From contig CBDFLE010000005.1 in NCBI GenBank assembly GCA_965248925.1, positions 736,001 to 800,000 of the forward strand: a DNA stretch of 64,000 nt, given 5' to 3'. A program made the translations under genes and the position numbers. The notes beneath the pieces are model-generated. The model did no database searches. It saw only the letters and a list, made by a program, of their open reading frames with translations, and was not told the origin of the DNA. Origin of the DNA: Candidatus Multivoradales bacterium (GTDB lineage Bacteria; Acidobacteriota; Thermoanaerobaculia; Multivoradales; J023). This document shows, in pieces, positions 37,470-48,033 of the stretch. Numbering within the stretch: position 1 is the stretch's first letter; each line of letters begins with the position of its first letter.

Positions 37470-40097
37470 ATGGCAAAAGCAGCGCGGCTAACGCCGATGA
37501 TGCGCCAGTACCTGGAGGTCAAGGCGCAGTACCCGGATGCGATCCTGCTCTACCGGATGGGGGATTTCTTCGAAATTTTTTCCGAGGATGCGCGCCGTGC
37601 TGCGCCGATTCTCGAAGTGGCTCTGACCGCCCGTCAGAAAGGAACCGCGAACGAAGTGGCGATGTGCGGGGTGCCTCACCATGCCATCGAGGGCTACCTT
37701 GGCAAATTGCTGCGGGCCGGACTCAAGGTGGCGATCTGCGATCAAGTCGAGGATCCGAAACAGGCCAAAGGACTGGTCAAGCGGGAAGTCACCCGGGTGG
37801 TGACGCCGGGCACCGTCAGTTCCCCCGAACTGCTCGAAGGCAAAGAAGACAATCTGCTCGCCAGCCTGATCTGGCAGCCAGGTGGTCCAGGCACTGAGCA
37901 GGGCGGTGCTGGCGCGTTTTTGGATGTCTCAACAGGTACCTTCTTCGTCCGCCGCTGGCCGACGACGGATGCATGTCTCGAAGATCTAGGGGTGCTGCGA
38001 CCGCGGGAGGTCCTGTTTCGCCAAGTCGCCTTGCCGGCCAAGCTCAGCAGCTGGATAGAGCGCGAAGTGGTTTGCTGGACCGCACTCGAAGAGGATCAGC
38101 TCCTCGACTCGAAGCAGGCCGGCGAGCTGTTGCAACGGCAGCTCGAAACCTCAACCCTGCGCGGCTTCGGCCTGCATCCGGCAGAGGCAGCTGTGCTGGC
38201 CGCCGCCACCGCTCTGAGCTACGCCCAGCAGACCCAACACAGTGAACTGAGTCACATCCGTAGTCTGCAAGTGCGCGACCGAGATGCCGGCATGGTGCTC
38301 GATCCCACCACCTTGAGCAATCTGGAGGTTTTTCGCAGCCTGCGCGAAGGGGGGCGGTCCGGCACCCTGCTGAGTGTTCTCGACCAAAGTGTCTCCCCTC
38401 CTGGCGGCCGCCTGCTGCGCGATTGGCTGCGGCGGCCACTCAAGGACCCGGCACAGATCGAGCTGCGCCTCGATGCGGTCGGCGAATTGATTGCCGACGG
38501 CCGGCGGCGTGAAGGGCTGCGCGAGGAGCTGGCTCGGGTCGGCGATTTGGAACGCCTGCTGGGGCGCGCGGTGCTCGCTTCCCTGACTCCGCGCGAAGCT
38601 GGGGCGTTGCGCGATGGCCTACTGCGGGCACCAGCATTGCTGGCGCGGGTAGCGGCAGCCACCGCCGAGCTGCTGGCCACCGCGGCACGGGTCGATCCTC
38701 TGGCTGATCTGGCGGCCGAACTCGACCGTCTAGTGGTGGAATCGCCGCCAGCGCATCTGCGCGACGGTGGGGTCATCGCCGCGGGAGTTGACGAAGAACT
38801 CGACCGCTGCCGTTCCCTGGCTCGCGATTCCAAACAGCACATCTTGGCGATGGAGGCGCGTGAGCGTCAAGCCACCGGCATCGGTTCGCTGAAGATCCGC
38901 TACAACAAGGTCTTCGGCTACTATTTGGAGGTCACCAAAGCGAACCAGCATCTAGTGCCCGAGCACTACATCCGCAAGCAAACCCTGGTCAATGCCGAGC
39001 GCTACATCACTCCCGAGGTCAAGGAGCTGGAAGAACAGGTGCTGTCGGCGGAAGAAAGGCAATTGGCGCTGGAGGAGCGCTATTTCGAGCAAGTTCGCCA
39101 GCGGGTGGTGGTGGCGGGCCAGGGGCTGCGGGACCTGGCTGCTGCTTTTGCTCTGCTAGACACCCTCGCCGCCTTCGCCGAGGTCGGTGCCCGGCGGGGC
39201 TACTGCCGGCCCAAGATAAGACCCGCGGGAGGTTTGCTGCAGATCCGCGAGGGTCGTCATCCGGTGGTCGAGCGCAGCACTTCAGAGCCCTTCGTTCCCA
39301 ACGATGCGGAGCTCGGCGAAGACTGCCAGATCGTCGTCCTTACCGGGCCCAACATGGGCGGAAAATCGACTTATTTGCGACAAGTGGCATTAATAGTGCT
39401 GATGGCCCAGGCGGGCAGTTTCGTGCCCGCCGAGGCGGCGGAAATTTCCACCATCGACCGTCTTTTCACCCGCGTCGGTGCCGCCGATGATCTGGCCCGA
39501 GGTGAATCGACTTTCATGGTCGAGATGATCGAGACCGCCAACATCCTGCACCACGCCACTGGCGAGAGCCTGGTGATCCTCGACGAAGTAGGGCGCGGCA
39601 CTGCCACTTTCGATGGCCTGTCCTTGGCCTGGGCGATTGTCGAACACCTGCACCAGCACCGCCGCCCCAAAACCCTCTTTGCCACCCACTACCACGAACT
39701 CACCGAGCTGGCGTCGACGCTGCCAGGGGTGGTCAATCGCACCATGGCGGTGCGCGAATGGGAAGAGCGCATCATCTTCCTGCGCCGAGTGGTGCCGGGC
39801 AGCGCGGATAAGAGCTATGGCATTCACGTCGCCCGTCTGGCCGGCCTACCGGACTCGGTGATCACCCGCGCCGCCGAAGTGCTGGCCAACCTAGAAGCTC
39901 AGGAGTACGACCTGGTCGGCCAACCTCGGCTAGCCCAGGGGGACAACGCGCCGGTAAGCAACGCCGACCCGCAACTGTCGTTGTTCACCCCAGTCCAGGA
40001 GGTGATTGCCGAACTGCTGCGCGAGGTCGACCTCAATCAACTGACCCCGCTGGCCGCCCTCAACTTTCTCCATGGGCTGAAAGATCGATTGGGCTAG
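37470..40097 (+). CDS. mutS: DNA mismatch repair protein MutS
   Basis: TPMMRQY, RMGDFFE, TGPNMGGKSTYLRQ, STFMVEM, DEVGRGT, SYGIHVA. Confidence 0.98.
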   Translation: MAKAARLTPMMRQYLEVKAQYPDAILLYRMGDFFEIFSEDARRAAPILEVALTARQKGTANEVAMCGVPHHAIEGYLGKLLRAGLKVAICDQVEDPKQAKGLVKREVTRVVTPGTVSSPELLEGKEDNLLASLIWQPGGPGTEQGGAGAFLDVSTGTFFVRRWPTTDACLEDLGVLRPREVLFRQVALPAKLSSWIEREVVCWTALEEDQLLDSKQAGELLQRQLETSTLRGFGLHPAEAAVLAAATALSYAQQTQHSELSHIRSLQVRDRDAGMVLDPTTLSNLEVFRSLREGGRSGTLLSVLDQSVSPPGGRLLRDWLRRPLKDPAQIELRLDAVGELIADGRRREGLREELARVGDLERLLGRAVLASLTPREAGALRDGLLRAPALLARVAAATAELLATAARVDPLADLAAELDRLVVESPPAHLRDGGVIAAGVDEELDRCRSLARDSKQHILAMEARERQATGIGSLKIRYNKVFGYYLEVTKANQHLVPEHYIRKQTLVNAERYITPEVKELEEQVLSAEERQLALEERYFEQVRQRVVVAGQGLRDLAAAFALLDTLAAFAEVGARRGYCRPKIRPAGGLLQIREGRHPVVERSTSEPFVPNDAELGEDCQIVVLTGPNMGGKSTYLRQVALIVLMAQAGSFVPAEAAEISTIDRLFTRVGAADDLARGESTFMVEMIETANILHHATGESLVILDEVGRGTATFDGLSLAWAIVEHLHQHRRPKTLFATHYHELTELASTLPGVVNRTMAVREWEERIIFLRRVVPGSADKSYGIHVARLAGLPDSVITRAAEVLANLEAQEYDLVGQPRLAQGDNAPVSNADPQLSLFTPVQEVIAELLREVDLNQLTPLAALNFLHGLKDRLG

Positions 40098-40127
40098 GCG
40101 GCTATCGCCGGTCCCTAGAGAGTGGCG

Positions 40128-40682
40128 CTAGAACGGGATGTCGTCATCGCCGGGCTCAGCGCCGCCGAAGCCACCGCCGCTACCACCGCCACTGCCGCCG
40201 CCGGACGGTCCCGGAGCCTGATCGTAGGAAGGCGCGTTGCCGCCACCACCGCCACTGCCGCCACTGCCGCCGCCACTGCCGCCGCCACTGCCGCCACTGC
40301 CGCCACTGCCGCCGCCACTGTAGCTACCGCCACCACCGCCACCGCCGCCATCGCCGCGTTGGCCGAGCATCTGGAAGTTGTCGCAGATAATCTCGGTGCG
40401 GTATTTCTTCTCACCGCTCTGCTTGTCGTCCCAAGAACTGGTCTGCAAACGTCCCTCGACATAGATCTGCCGGCCGCGGCTGAGGTATTGGCTGGCGATC
40501 TCGGCCTGGCGGCCGAAGCACACCACATTGTGCCACTCGGTCTGCTCCTGGCGATTGCCGTCGCGGTCGCGCCATTTGCGGTTGGTGGCGACGCTGAAAT
40601 TTGCCACCGCGTTGCCACTCTGAGTCGAGCGCATCTCGGGGTCACGGCCCAGATTTCCGACCAGGATTACTTTGTTGACCAT
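40128..40682 (-). CDS. ssb: Single-stranded DNA-binding protein
   Basis: [27 protein letters not shown], Gly-rich linker, C-terminal DDDIPF. Confidence 0.97.
   Translation of the reverse strand: MVNKVILVGNLGRDPEMRSTQSGNAVANFSVATNRKWRDRDGNRQEQTEWHNVVCFGRQAEIASQYLSRGRQIYVEGRLQTSSWDDKQSGEKKYRTEIICDNFQMLGQRGDGGGGGGGGSYSGGGSGGSGGSGGGSGGGSGGSGGGGGNAPSYDQAPGPSGGGSGGGSGGGFGGAEPGDDDIPF
40238..40350 (-). repeat. Low-complexity Gly/Ser-coding tandem repeat inside ssb
   Basis: Reiterated gccgccact / gccgccgccact units on the + strand. Confidence 0.85.
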
Positions 40683-40807
40683 CAGTAGATCTCCATGTTT
40701 GTGGATCAGGAAGTATCATAGCGACGCCTACGGACGCCGCGGCGCGGCCGCCCTCGGCTGGCCATCCCTGGCCTCGCCGGCAGCAGCCGTAATAGGAGAC
40801 GAAATTC

Positions 40808-41263
40808 GTGCGAGCAATCTTACAGAGAGTTCGTTCCGCCTCGGTAGAGGTTGAGGGGGAGATTGTCGGTGCTATCGGCATCGGCATTCTCGCCCTGGTG
40901 GGAGTGGAGCAGGGAGACGGCTTGGCCGAGGTCGAGGTGCTGGCGGACCGGCTGGCCAAGCTACGAGTCTTCGCCGACCCAGCTGGCAAGATGAACCTGC
41001 CGCTGACAGCGGTCGCGGGGGCGGTGTTGGTAGTCTCGCAATTCACTCTCGCCGCCTCGCTGGCCAAGGGTCGCCGGCCGTCGTTCAACGCCGCGGCGCC
41101 ACCAGCCATCGCCAGATCTCTGATCGACCAACTGATCAACCGCTTGCGGGAGCTTCAGCTGCCGGTGTCCAGCGGTAGGTTCGGCACTCACATGGAGGTC
41201 ACCTTGATCAACGACGGTCCGGTGACCTTCGTACTCGAGGTCAAGGATGGCCGCGTGCTCTGA
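40808..41263 (+). CDS. dtd: D-aminoacyl-tRNA deacylase
   Basis: MRAILQRV, VSQFTL, GRRPSF, NDGPVT. Confidence 0.95.
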   Translation: MRAILQRVRSASVEVEGEIVGAIGIGILALVGVEQGDGLAEVEVLADRLAKLRVFADPAGKMNLPLTAVAGAVLVVSQFTLAASLAKGRRPSFNAAAPPAIARSLIDQLINRLRELQLPVSSGRFGTHMEVTLINDGPVTFVLEVKDGRVL

Positions 41264-41296
41264 ACCCAACAGGCCGCCGCTGGTCAGGCCGCAACT

Positions 41297-41563
41297 CTAG
41301 ATGTTCTTCAGTTCTTTGCCCGGCTTGAAGCGCACTGTCTTGCCTGGGGTGATGGCTACTTCGACCCCGGTTTTTGGATTGCGCCCTACGCCCTTCTTGC
41401 GATCACGAACCTGAAAAACCCCGAAACCTCGGAGTTCGATGCGCTTGCCGTCCTGCAGGGCGCCCTTCATGGCGGCGAAGATTGTGTCGACCGCTTTGGC
41501 CGCCTTGACCCGCGGTACGTTGGATCCTTCGGCTACGAGTTGAATGATGTCGGCTTTGATCAT
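41297..41563 (-). CDS. HU/IHF family DNA-binding protein
   Basis: IELRGFGVF..GRNPKTG..VRFKPGKELK. Confidence 0.95.
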   Translation of the reverse strand: MIKADIIQLVAEGSNVPRVKAAKAVDTIFAAMKGALQDGKRIELRGFGVFQVRDRKKGVGRNPKTGVEVAITPGKTVRFKPGKELKNI

Positions 41564-41638
41564 CTTGCTCTGGGGGAAAAAGCGAGCGTTAAGCGATGGC
41601 TAGCGATCCGCTGCCCGCGCCGGGCACGGCGGCCGCTG

Positions 41639-42494
41639 CTAAGTGGGTGACTGACGTCTACGATCAAGAATGAATCGCCGCATCGTCCGTGCCACCCGCT
41701 GGGCCAATGCCGGATACAAGGCGGGATCTAGCGCGTCCAGATTTCCAGTGAATCCATCTCCATAGAGGATACAGGCCAAGTGTTGCTGAATTCGAACTGG
41801 CCACATCATACATGCTTCCGGCAGTTCCCCACTCCAGCTCGCGGCAAATTCTAGGTGCGCGGCGACTGCTGGCAGAGCCCCACGGTAGAGCTGGAACTCA
41901 TGCCGCAGACCACCGAACACAGAAGGCTGGGTCAAGTCGATTCGTAGAGCGTTGAAATGACTTGGCACGAGGTTGTCACCGGCCGCCCGCCAGCCGCGCA
42001 GGGTGTCGCCACTGACCCGCAATACCGCCCGGCGGCGAAAATGCCGGGCCATGAATTCGAGCAGTAGATCGACCAGGCGATCGGGCCTGGCCACCCCTTC
42101 GATTTGGACTCCAAGCAGCTCCAAAGCGCTGGTGTCGGCCAGTCTGGAAGCTTGCGGGTCATCTGCTGCCACGGTGCTCTGGCTATCGGCCAGCTCTCCC
42201 GCATCGTCCTCGACCCAGCGATAGCGCTGTTGCTCGAGCCGGTCGAGCAGATGTTGCTGCCGCGGCTCGCAGGGCAAGCCGTAGTAGCGCTCTAACGCCG
42301 CCACCAGGCGAACTTCGCTCACCACATGCGGCAACACCCGTGCCCAGCCGTCCGCCCATCAACCCTTGGTGCTCGCGTGCCCGCAATAGCTGCTCGCCGC
42401 TGATCCAGCCGCGCTCAACCAGCAGCTGTCCCAGCCGCTGGACGGCGGCGACCACCGGCGCAGTAGGTGAATCGGTGGCAATGCTACGGCTCAC
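41639..42494 (-). pseudogene. Disrupted MshEN/T2SSE-N domain protein (frameshift, probable internal deletion near 42340)
   Basis: One frame gives RLGQLLVERGWISGEQLLRAREHQGLMGGRLGT; a different frame continues RVLPHVVSEVRLVAALERYY and a GAF-like C-terminus. Confidence 0.6.
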
Positions 42495-42825
42495 GCAAAA
42501 ATCCGGAATTCTGCTCTAGTCGAGTCGGTTGTTGAGACTGTCGGGGGGCTTTCCGCGCCACCGGCTGGTCGGCGAGAGCGCCTTGGGTTTGCTTCACTTT
42601 CGTCGCGATTTCATTGAATTAACAGCACTTAGGCTAGGCCGCTGGAAGCGCGAGCATAGCTTGAATGCGGCGGAGCTGTAAAGCGCGCCGAGGAGCCGTG
42701 AAAGTTGTCAGGCGAAAACTGGACTGCTACCCTGGTGCGGTGGAGAAGGGCTCACCTCGATGCCAGAAGACCCGCCGCTCAACACTGACTCTCTGCCGGC
42801 GCGGGCTCGCCGATCGAAAGGAAAG

Positions 42826-45075
42826 ATGAACAGATCACAAGCGCCAGTTTGTAAGTCCCGCCAGTCCCTCGTCACCGCGCTAGTCTGCATCTCTTGGTTC
42901 GCGGCTGCTAGCAGCAGTGCCCAACCCGCCGCGGTTGGCGAAGGCCAGGCCGAACTCTCTCCTCGGCTGGCTCGGCAGCAGGCAGCCTACCAATTTGCGA
43001 TCGCCAAATTACTGGCCGGTGAGAGCTACTACGAAGACGCCCAGGCCGCCTATGAGCGGGCCATAAAACTCGATTCCGCCGATCCCTACGGCCGGGTTGA
43101 GCTGGCCCTTTTCCACCTCGACATGGCGCAGCTGTCGCGCAGCAAAGCCAAGGCCGTCAAGCATTTGCAGCGAGCGGCGCGGGAAATCGGCCAGGCGCAG
43201 CGACTGGAGCCGGACAACATGGAGGTGTTGCAGAGCTACGCTCAGATCCACTTGCAGCTGGCCGAGCAAGATCCTGCCTCTCTGGCCAAGGCGCAACAGG
43301 CGTTCGAACGCCTGCGCGCGGAGGGTGCGGGCGATCGGCGGGCACTGCCTTCCTTGGCTCAGATCTATCTCTGGCAACGCCAGCCGGCAAAAGCTGCCGA
43401 AGTGTTGGAGGACGCGGTTGGCCGCCTGCCTTCAAACCGCTTGATCCAATCAATGTTGGTCGACGCGCTGCTGCAAGCAGGCCAGTTGGGTAAGGCTGAG
43501 GCGGTATTGGCGGAGAATGTTAGCGCCGGTTGGGCTACCGTCGAGGGACGCATGCAGCTCGCCGAGTTGCTCAGTCGGCGGGGCGCCCACCGGGCCGCGG
43601 CAGCAGCTCTCAGTGGCGCCCAGGAGGGCACGGAACGCCTCGACTATCGCCATCGTCTGGCCCGCGAACTGCACCTCAGTGGAGATAATCATGAAGCGCT
43701 GCAGCGGGTCGAGCAGCTCGCCGCCGAGCAGCCAGCAGAAGCCCCGATCAAGCGCCTGCAGATCAGCATCTTGGCGGCCATGGCCCGCAACGAGGAGGCC
43801 CTGGCCCTGCTCGACAGCGAGTTCGACGAGCACAGCGCCGTCAACAGAGAAAATGTTCTACTGCGCAGTCGCCTGCTGGAGAGAGTCGGCCGCAATGACC
43901 AGGCAGCCCAGTCATTGATTGAGTTGATCGCCAAGGCGGAGGACGAGGATCGCCGACTCGAGCTGCGCTTGATGCTAGCCGGTGTCGAAGAACGGCGCGG
44001 TGAATTCGATCGCGCCTTGGAGTTGCTGCAACCCGCTACCGGCGAAACTGAGCCGCGCCGCCTCGGCACCCTGGCGCGAGCGCGGGGCGAGTTGCTGTCA
44101 CGTCACGATCGAACGCGCGATGCTTTGTTCGAGATCGAACGAGAGCTGTCGCGGTTGCAGACCTTGGCGGCAGGCGACAATCAGCAGGCGGCGGCGGTGG
44201 CCGAGCGACTCGGCTTGCGGCGCCTGCTGCTGCTTTCCGATCTCGAGGAATGGCACCGCTTGGAGCAGTTGGCAAGCGAACTGATGACCTCGGAAGAGCC
44301 GGCAGTCCGCTCAGCGGCGCGTTTGCTGGCGGTCGATGCACTGGCGGAATTGGGCAACCTCGATCGGGCCCTTGACTTGCTGGATCCCGAGCGGATCGCT
44401 AGTGCGGGTCAGCGTCAAGCTCTGGCGCGACGAGTGCAGCTCCTCGACAGTCATGGCCGGGGACAGGAAGCGCGCCAGCTGCTCAGCGAAATAACCACAG
44501 CAGAGGCGGCGGTCGACGATCTGTTCTTTGCCGCTCAGGTGTTGCAGCAGCTGGAGAGCTACGCTGAAATGGTGCCCTTGCTTGAGCGGGCGCAAGCAGA
44601 GCTGCCCGATTCTATTCGCGTCTTGTTCCTGCTCGGCGCTGCCCACGAACGCCAAGGCGCCACGGAGGCGGCGGCGGCGGCTTTCCTCAAGGTGCTCGAA
44701 ATCGAACCCAACCACACGGCGAGTCTGAACTATCTCGGCTATATGTGGGCAGAGCGGGGCGAGCACCTCGACCAGGCACTGACCATGGTCCGCCGCGCCG
44801 TGGCGCTCGATCAGGATAACGGCGCCTATCTCGACACTCTCGGCTGGGCGCTTTACCAGCTCGGCGATTACCAAGACGCCCGTCGCCACCTTGAGTGGGC
44901 AGTCCGTTTAGTACCGAACGATGCGACGGTTTTTGATCATCTTGGCGACCTCTACGTCAAGCTACGCCAGGTAGAGCTGGCGCGGGGTTCGTACCAGCGG
45001 GCACTGGAACTCGAGTCGGAGCAAGCCGAAAACGTTCGCAAAAAGCTGGAATTGCTCACTCAACCTGATTCATGA
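42826..45075 (+). CDS. Secreted/periplasmic TPR-repeat protein
   Basis: Signal-like LVTALVCISWFAAASSSA; many TPRs; C-terminal LNYLGYMWAE..NGAYLDTLGWALY..DHLGD. Confidence 0.85.
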   Translation: MNRSQAPVCKSRQSLVTALVCISWFAAASSSAQPAAVGEGQAELSPRLARQQAAYQFAIAKLLAGESYYEDAQAAYERAIKLDSADPYGRVELALFHLDMAQLSRSKAKAVKHLQRAAREIGQAQRLEPDNMEVLQSYAQIHLQLAEQDPASLAKAQQAFERLRAEGAGDRRALPSLAQIYLWQRQPAKAAEVLEDAVGRLPSNRLIQSMLVDALLQAGQLGKAEAVLAENVSAGWATVEGRMQLAELLSRRGAHRAAAAALSGAQEGTERLDYRHRLARELHLSGDNHEALQRVEQLAAEQPAEAPIKRLQISILAAMARNEEALALLDSEFDEHSAVNRENVLLRSRLLERVGRNDQAAQSLIELIAKAEDEDRRLELRLMLAGVEERRGEFDRALELLQPATGETEPRRLGTLARARGELLSRHDRTRDALFEIERELSRLQTLAAGDNQQAAAVAERLGLRRLLLLSDLEEWHRLEQLASELMTSEEPAVRSAARLLAVDALAELGNLDRALDLLDPERIASAGQRQALARRVQLLDSHGRGQEARQLLSEITTAEAAVDDLFFAAQVLQQLESYAEMVPLLERAQAELPDSIRVLFLLGAAHERQGATEAAAAAFLKVLEIEPNHTASLNYLGYMWAERGEHLDQALTMVRRAVALDQDNGAYLDTLGWALYQLGDYQDARRHLEWAVRLVPNDATVFDHLGDLYVKLRQVELARGSYQRALELESEQAENVRKKLELLTQPDS

Positions 45076-45167
45076 GCGAGATTCGTACCCCGCCGGTCAA
45101 TACCGCGCCTCGTGAATGCCAGAAGACGGCGGCTTTCAGCTCGCCTTTTGCTTCCTGCTAGGGCACA

Positions 45168-46577
45168 ATGGCGAGTTCGATGCTTGCTGTTCCACATCAA
45201 CAAAGCGCCGTCCGCACGCTGCCCTACAGCGAGGAATCAGAGCGCGCCGTGCTCGCCGGAGTGCTGCTTTCGCCGCACCTCCTGGCCTTGGTTGCAGGCC
45301 GCCTGACAGCTGAAGACTTCTATCTCGAACGCCATCAGGTGCTCTACCGGGCAATGCTCGAGCTCGGCGAACAGCGGGTCGACATCGACCTGCGCACCCT
45401 GCAAGCATTGCTGGAGCAACAGGACACCTTCGAGTCGTTGGGCGGCCTCGCCTACCTCGCCGGTCTGGATTCCGATTTACCGGATCTAGCACGGGTCGAG
45501 ACCTACGTCGAGTTGGTCAAGGAACGTTCGGTACGACGGCGGCTGATCGAGGTCTGCGAGGAAACGACCCGCGACTGCTACGACGGCGGCCTCGACGCCC
45601 AAGAAGCTCTGGCGCGGGCCGAAAAGTCGGTCTTGGGCCTTTCCGAAGAGGCCATGCAGCGTGATTTCACGCCCCTCTCCGAGATCTTCCAGCTGACCGT
45701 CGCCGACCTCGAAGAAAGGGCTGATCAACGCGGCTTGATCGGTCTGCCGAGCGGATTCTACGACTGGGACCAGATGACTCAGGGCCTGGTCGACGGCAAC
45801 CTGATCATCATCGCTGGCCGTCCCGGCATGGGTAAGACCAGTTTCGCGGTCAATGTGGCGCAACACGTCGGCATCCGCGCCGACTCCTCGGTGGCGATCT
45901 TTTCCTTGGAGATGGGCAAGGAGGAGCTGGCGATGAGAATCCTGGCCTCAGAGGCCGATCTGCCATTCGGCAATCTGCGCGCCGGTCGCCTGTCGGCGGG
46001 GCAGTGGGAAAAGCTCTACGGAGTCATCCGCCAGATCGAGAAGGCGCCGATCCACATCGACGACTCTCCCAATCCTTCGCTGCTCGAGATCGGCTCCAAA
46101 GCCCGCCGATTGAAGGCCGAGCACGGTCTCGACCTGCTGATCTTGGACTACCTCCAGCTAATGCAAGCCGGCGGCCGCTATGAGAACCGCAACCTGGAGA
46201 TCGCTGCTATCTCCAGGGGACTCAAGCAGTTGGCAAAAGAGCTGTCAATCCCGATACTGGCTCTGTCTCAGCTCTCTCGCGGCCCCGAGCGGCGCGCCGG
46301 CGACCACCGGCCGCAGCTCGCTGATCTGCGCGAGTCGGGCTCGATCGAGCAGGACGCCGACATGGTGTGCTTCGTCTACCGCGACGAGCTGTACAATAAA
46401 GAAGATCCCGACAATAAAGGACTGGCGGAGCTGATCATCTCCAAACACCGTAATGGCCAGACCGGCACTGTCCACCTAATTTTTATTGGCGAGACCACCA
46501 GTTTCCGCAATTTCGACCGCCATCATAGTGGTGATGTTGGCGGTGGTTCTTCCGGCGGCGACCCGCAGGGCTATTGA
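45168..46577 (+). CDS. dnaB: Replicative DNA helicase
   Basis: AGRPGMGKT, FSLEM, LDYLQL, LSQLSR, DLRESGSIEQDAD, KHRNG. Confidence 0.97.
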   Translation: MASSMLAVPHQQSAVRTLPYSEESERAVLAGVLLSPHLLALVAGRLTAEDFYLERHQVLYRAMLELGEQRVDIDLRTLQALLEQQDTFESLGGLAYLAGLDSDLPDLARVETYVELVKERSVRRRLIEVCEETTRDCYDGGLDAQEALARAEKSVLGLSEEAMQRDFTPLSEIFQLTVADLEERADQRGLIGLPSGFYDWDQMTQGLVDGNLIIIAGRPGMGKTSFAVNVAQHVGIRADSSVAIFSLEMGKEELAMRILASEADLPFGNLRAGRLSAGQWEKLYGVIRQIEKAPIHIDDSPNPSLLEIGSKARRLKAEHGLDLLILDYLQLMQAGGRYENRNLEIAAISRGLKQLAKELSIPILALSQLSRGPERRAGDHRPQLADLRESGSIEQDADMVCFVYRDELYNKEDPDNKGLAELIISKHRNGQTGTVHLIFIGETTSFRNFDRHHSGDVGGGSSGGDPQGY

Positions 46578-46580
46578 TCC

Positions 46581-47969
46581 TTGGCCAAGGCCCGCTCTGT
46601 CTTCGTCTGTCAGTCCTGCGGCCATCAGGCCGCCAAGTGGCTCGGCCGCTGTACCGAGTGCGGCACTTGGGACAGCTTTGCCGAAGAGGCTCGGAGCAGC
46701 GGCAGCCGTGGAGCCGGCCTGCCGGGCGGAGGCCGAGCGGGGGCAACAGTGGTACCCCTGATCGAGGTGGCAGACGAACACACTCTACGGTTCTCTAGCG
46801 GCAGCGAATTGCTCGACCGAGTGCTCGGCGGCGGCATAGTCGCCGGCAGCGCGGTGCTGGTGGCTGGCGAGCCGGGCATCGGCAAATCAACCTTGCTCCT
46901 ACAACTCGGCAATGCCCTGGCCACCGACGCCGAGGGTCGGGGCAACCGGGTGCTCTACCTCAGTGCGGAGGAGTCGCCGCGGCAGCTGCGCTTGCGCGGC
47001 GAGCGCCTGGGTTGCGATCGGCCGGGCCTGTTGGTGGCCGGCGAAACTCGCCTGGAACCGCTGATCGCCGCCATCGAAGAGCACCGGCCCGCGGTGGTGA
47101 TGGTCGATTCGGTGCAGGCCCTGCGCAGTCAAGATCTACAGGGACCGCCCGGTGCCATCGGTCAAGTCAGGCATTGTGCCGACCGCCTGGTGGATCTTGC
47201 CAAACGCCGCGATGTGGCCTTGTTCTTGGTTGGACACGTCACCAAGGAAGGCACCATCGCCGGTCCCAAGTCCCTCGAGCATCTAGTCGACACGGTGCTG
47301 ACCTTCGAAGGCGAGAGAGGCTCTGAGTACCGCTTGCTGCGGGCGCAGAAGAACCGGTTCGGACCCACCGGCGAGGTGGCGATGTTCGAAATGCACGACA
47401 GCGGCCTCTCGGAAGTGGCAGATCCTTCGCGGGTGCTGCTCTCCCAACGCCGCGGCCAGAGCCCGGGCTCGGCGGTGACCGCGAGCATGCACGGCTCCCG
47501 CCCTCTGTTGGTCGAAGTGCAAGCCTTGGTCAACCCATCGAGCTTACCCTCACCGCGCCGGATGAATGTCGGCCTCGACGCCAACCGAGTAGTGCTGCTA
47601 GTAGCCGTGCTGGAGCGCTTTGGCGGCATCCAGCTGGCCGATCGTGATCTGTTCCTGAACGTCATCGGCGGCTTCACCCTGCGCGAGCCGGCGGTCGATC
47701 TGGCTGTAGCAGCCGCGGTGATGTCGGCCTACTGCGAAAGGCCCTTGCCCGAAGGCGCAGCCTACTTCGGCGAGGTCGGCCTGCTCGGCGAGGTACGTCC
47801 AGTGTCGCGTACCGACAGCCGTCTGCGGGAAACCCAGATGCTGGGTTTCGACCGGGTCTACCTGCCACCTCTCGAAGGCGTGAAAGTGCCCAAAGGCCTG
47901 CAAGCGATCGAGATCACCGACCTCGGCGAGCTAGCCGCGGCGGTGATGGGTGCCCCGGGTCGGCAGTAA
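46581..47969 (+). CDS. radA: DNA repair protein RadA/Sms
   Basis: CQSCG..WLGRCTECG zinc finger, GEPGIGKSTLL, KNRFG, Lon-like C-terminus. Confidence 0.97.
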   Translation: MAKARSVFVCQSCGHQAAKWLGRCTECGTWDSFAEEARSSGSRGAGLPGGGRAGATVVPLIEVADEHTLRFSSGSELLDRVLGGGIVAGSAVLVAGEPGIGKSTLLLQLGNALATDAEGRGNRVLYLSAEESPRQLRLRGERLGCDRPGLLVAGETRLEPLIAAIEEHRPAVVMVDSVQALRSQDLQGPPGAIGQVRHCADRLVDLAKRRDVALFLVGHVTKEGTIAGPKSLEHLVDTVLTFEGERGSEYRLLRAQKNRFGPTGEVAMFEMHDSGLSEVADPSRVLLSQRRGQSPGSAVTASMHGSRPLLVEVQALVNPSSLPSPRRMNVGLDANRVVLLVAVLERFGGIQLADRDLFLNVIGGFTLREPAVDLAVAAAVMSAYCERPLPEGAAYFGEVGLLGEVRPVSRTDSRLRETQMLGFDRVYLPPLEGVKVPKGLQAIEITDLGELAAAVMGAPGRQ

Positions 47970-48033
47970 GAAAGCCAAATTAATTGGCATCTGGATCTAT
48001 CGTTGTATTCCTCTCAGACGCCGGTAGTGCGTC

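Noticed and set aside
40122-40688. 188-aa Ala/Thr-rich ORF on the + strand
   Set aside because: Antisense shadow of ssb and its Gly repeat.
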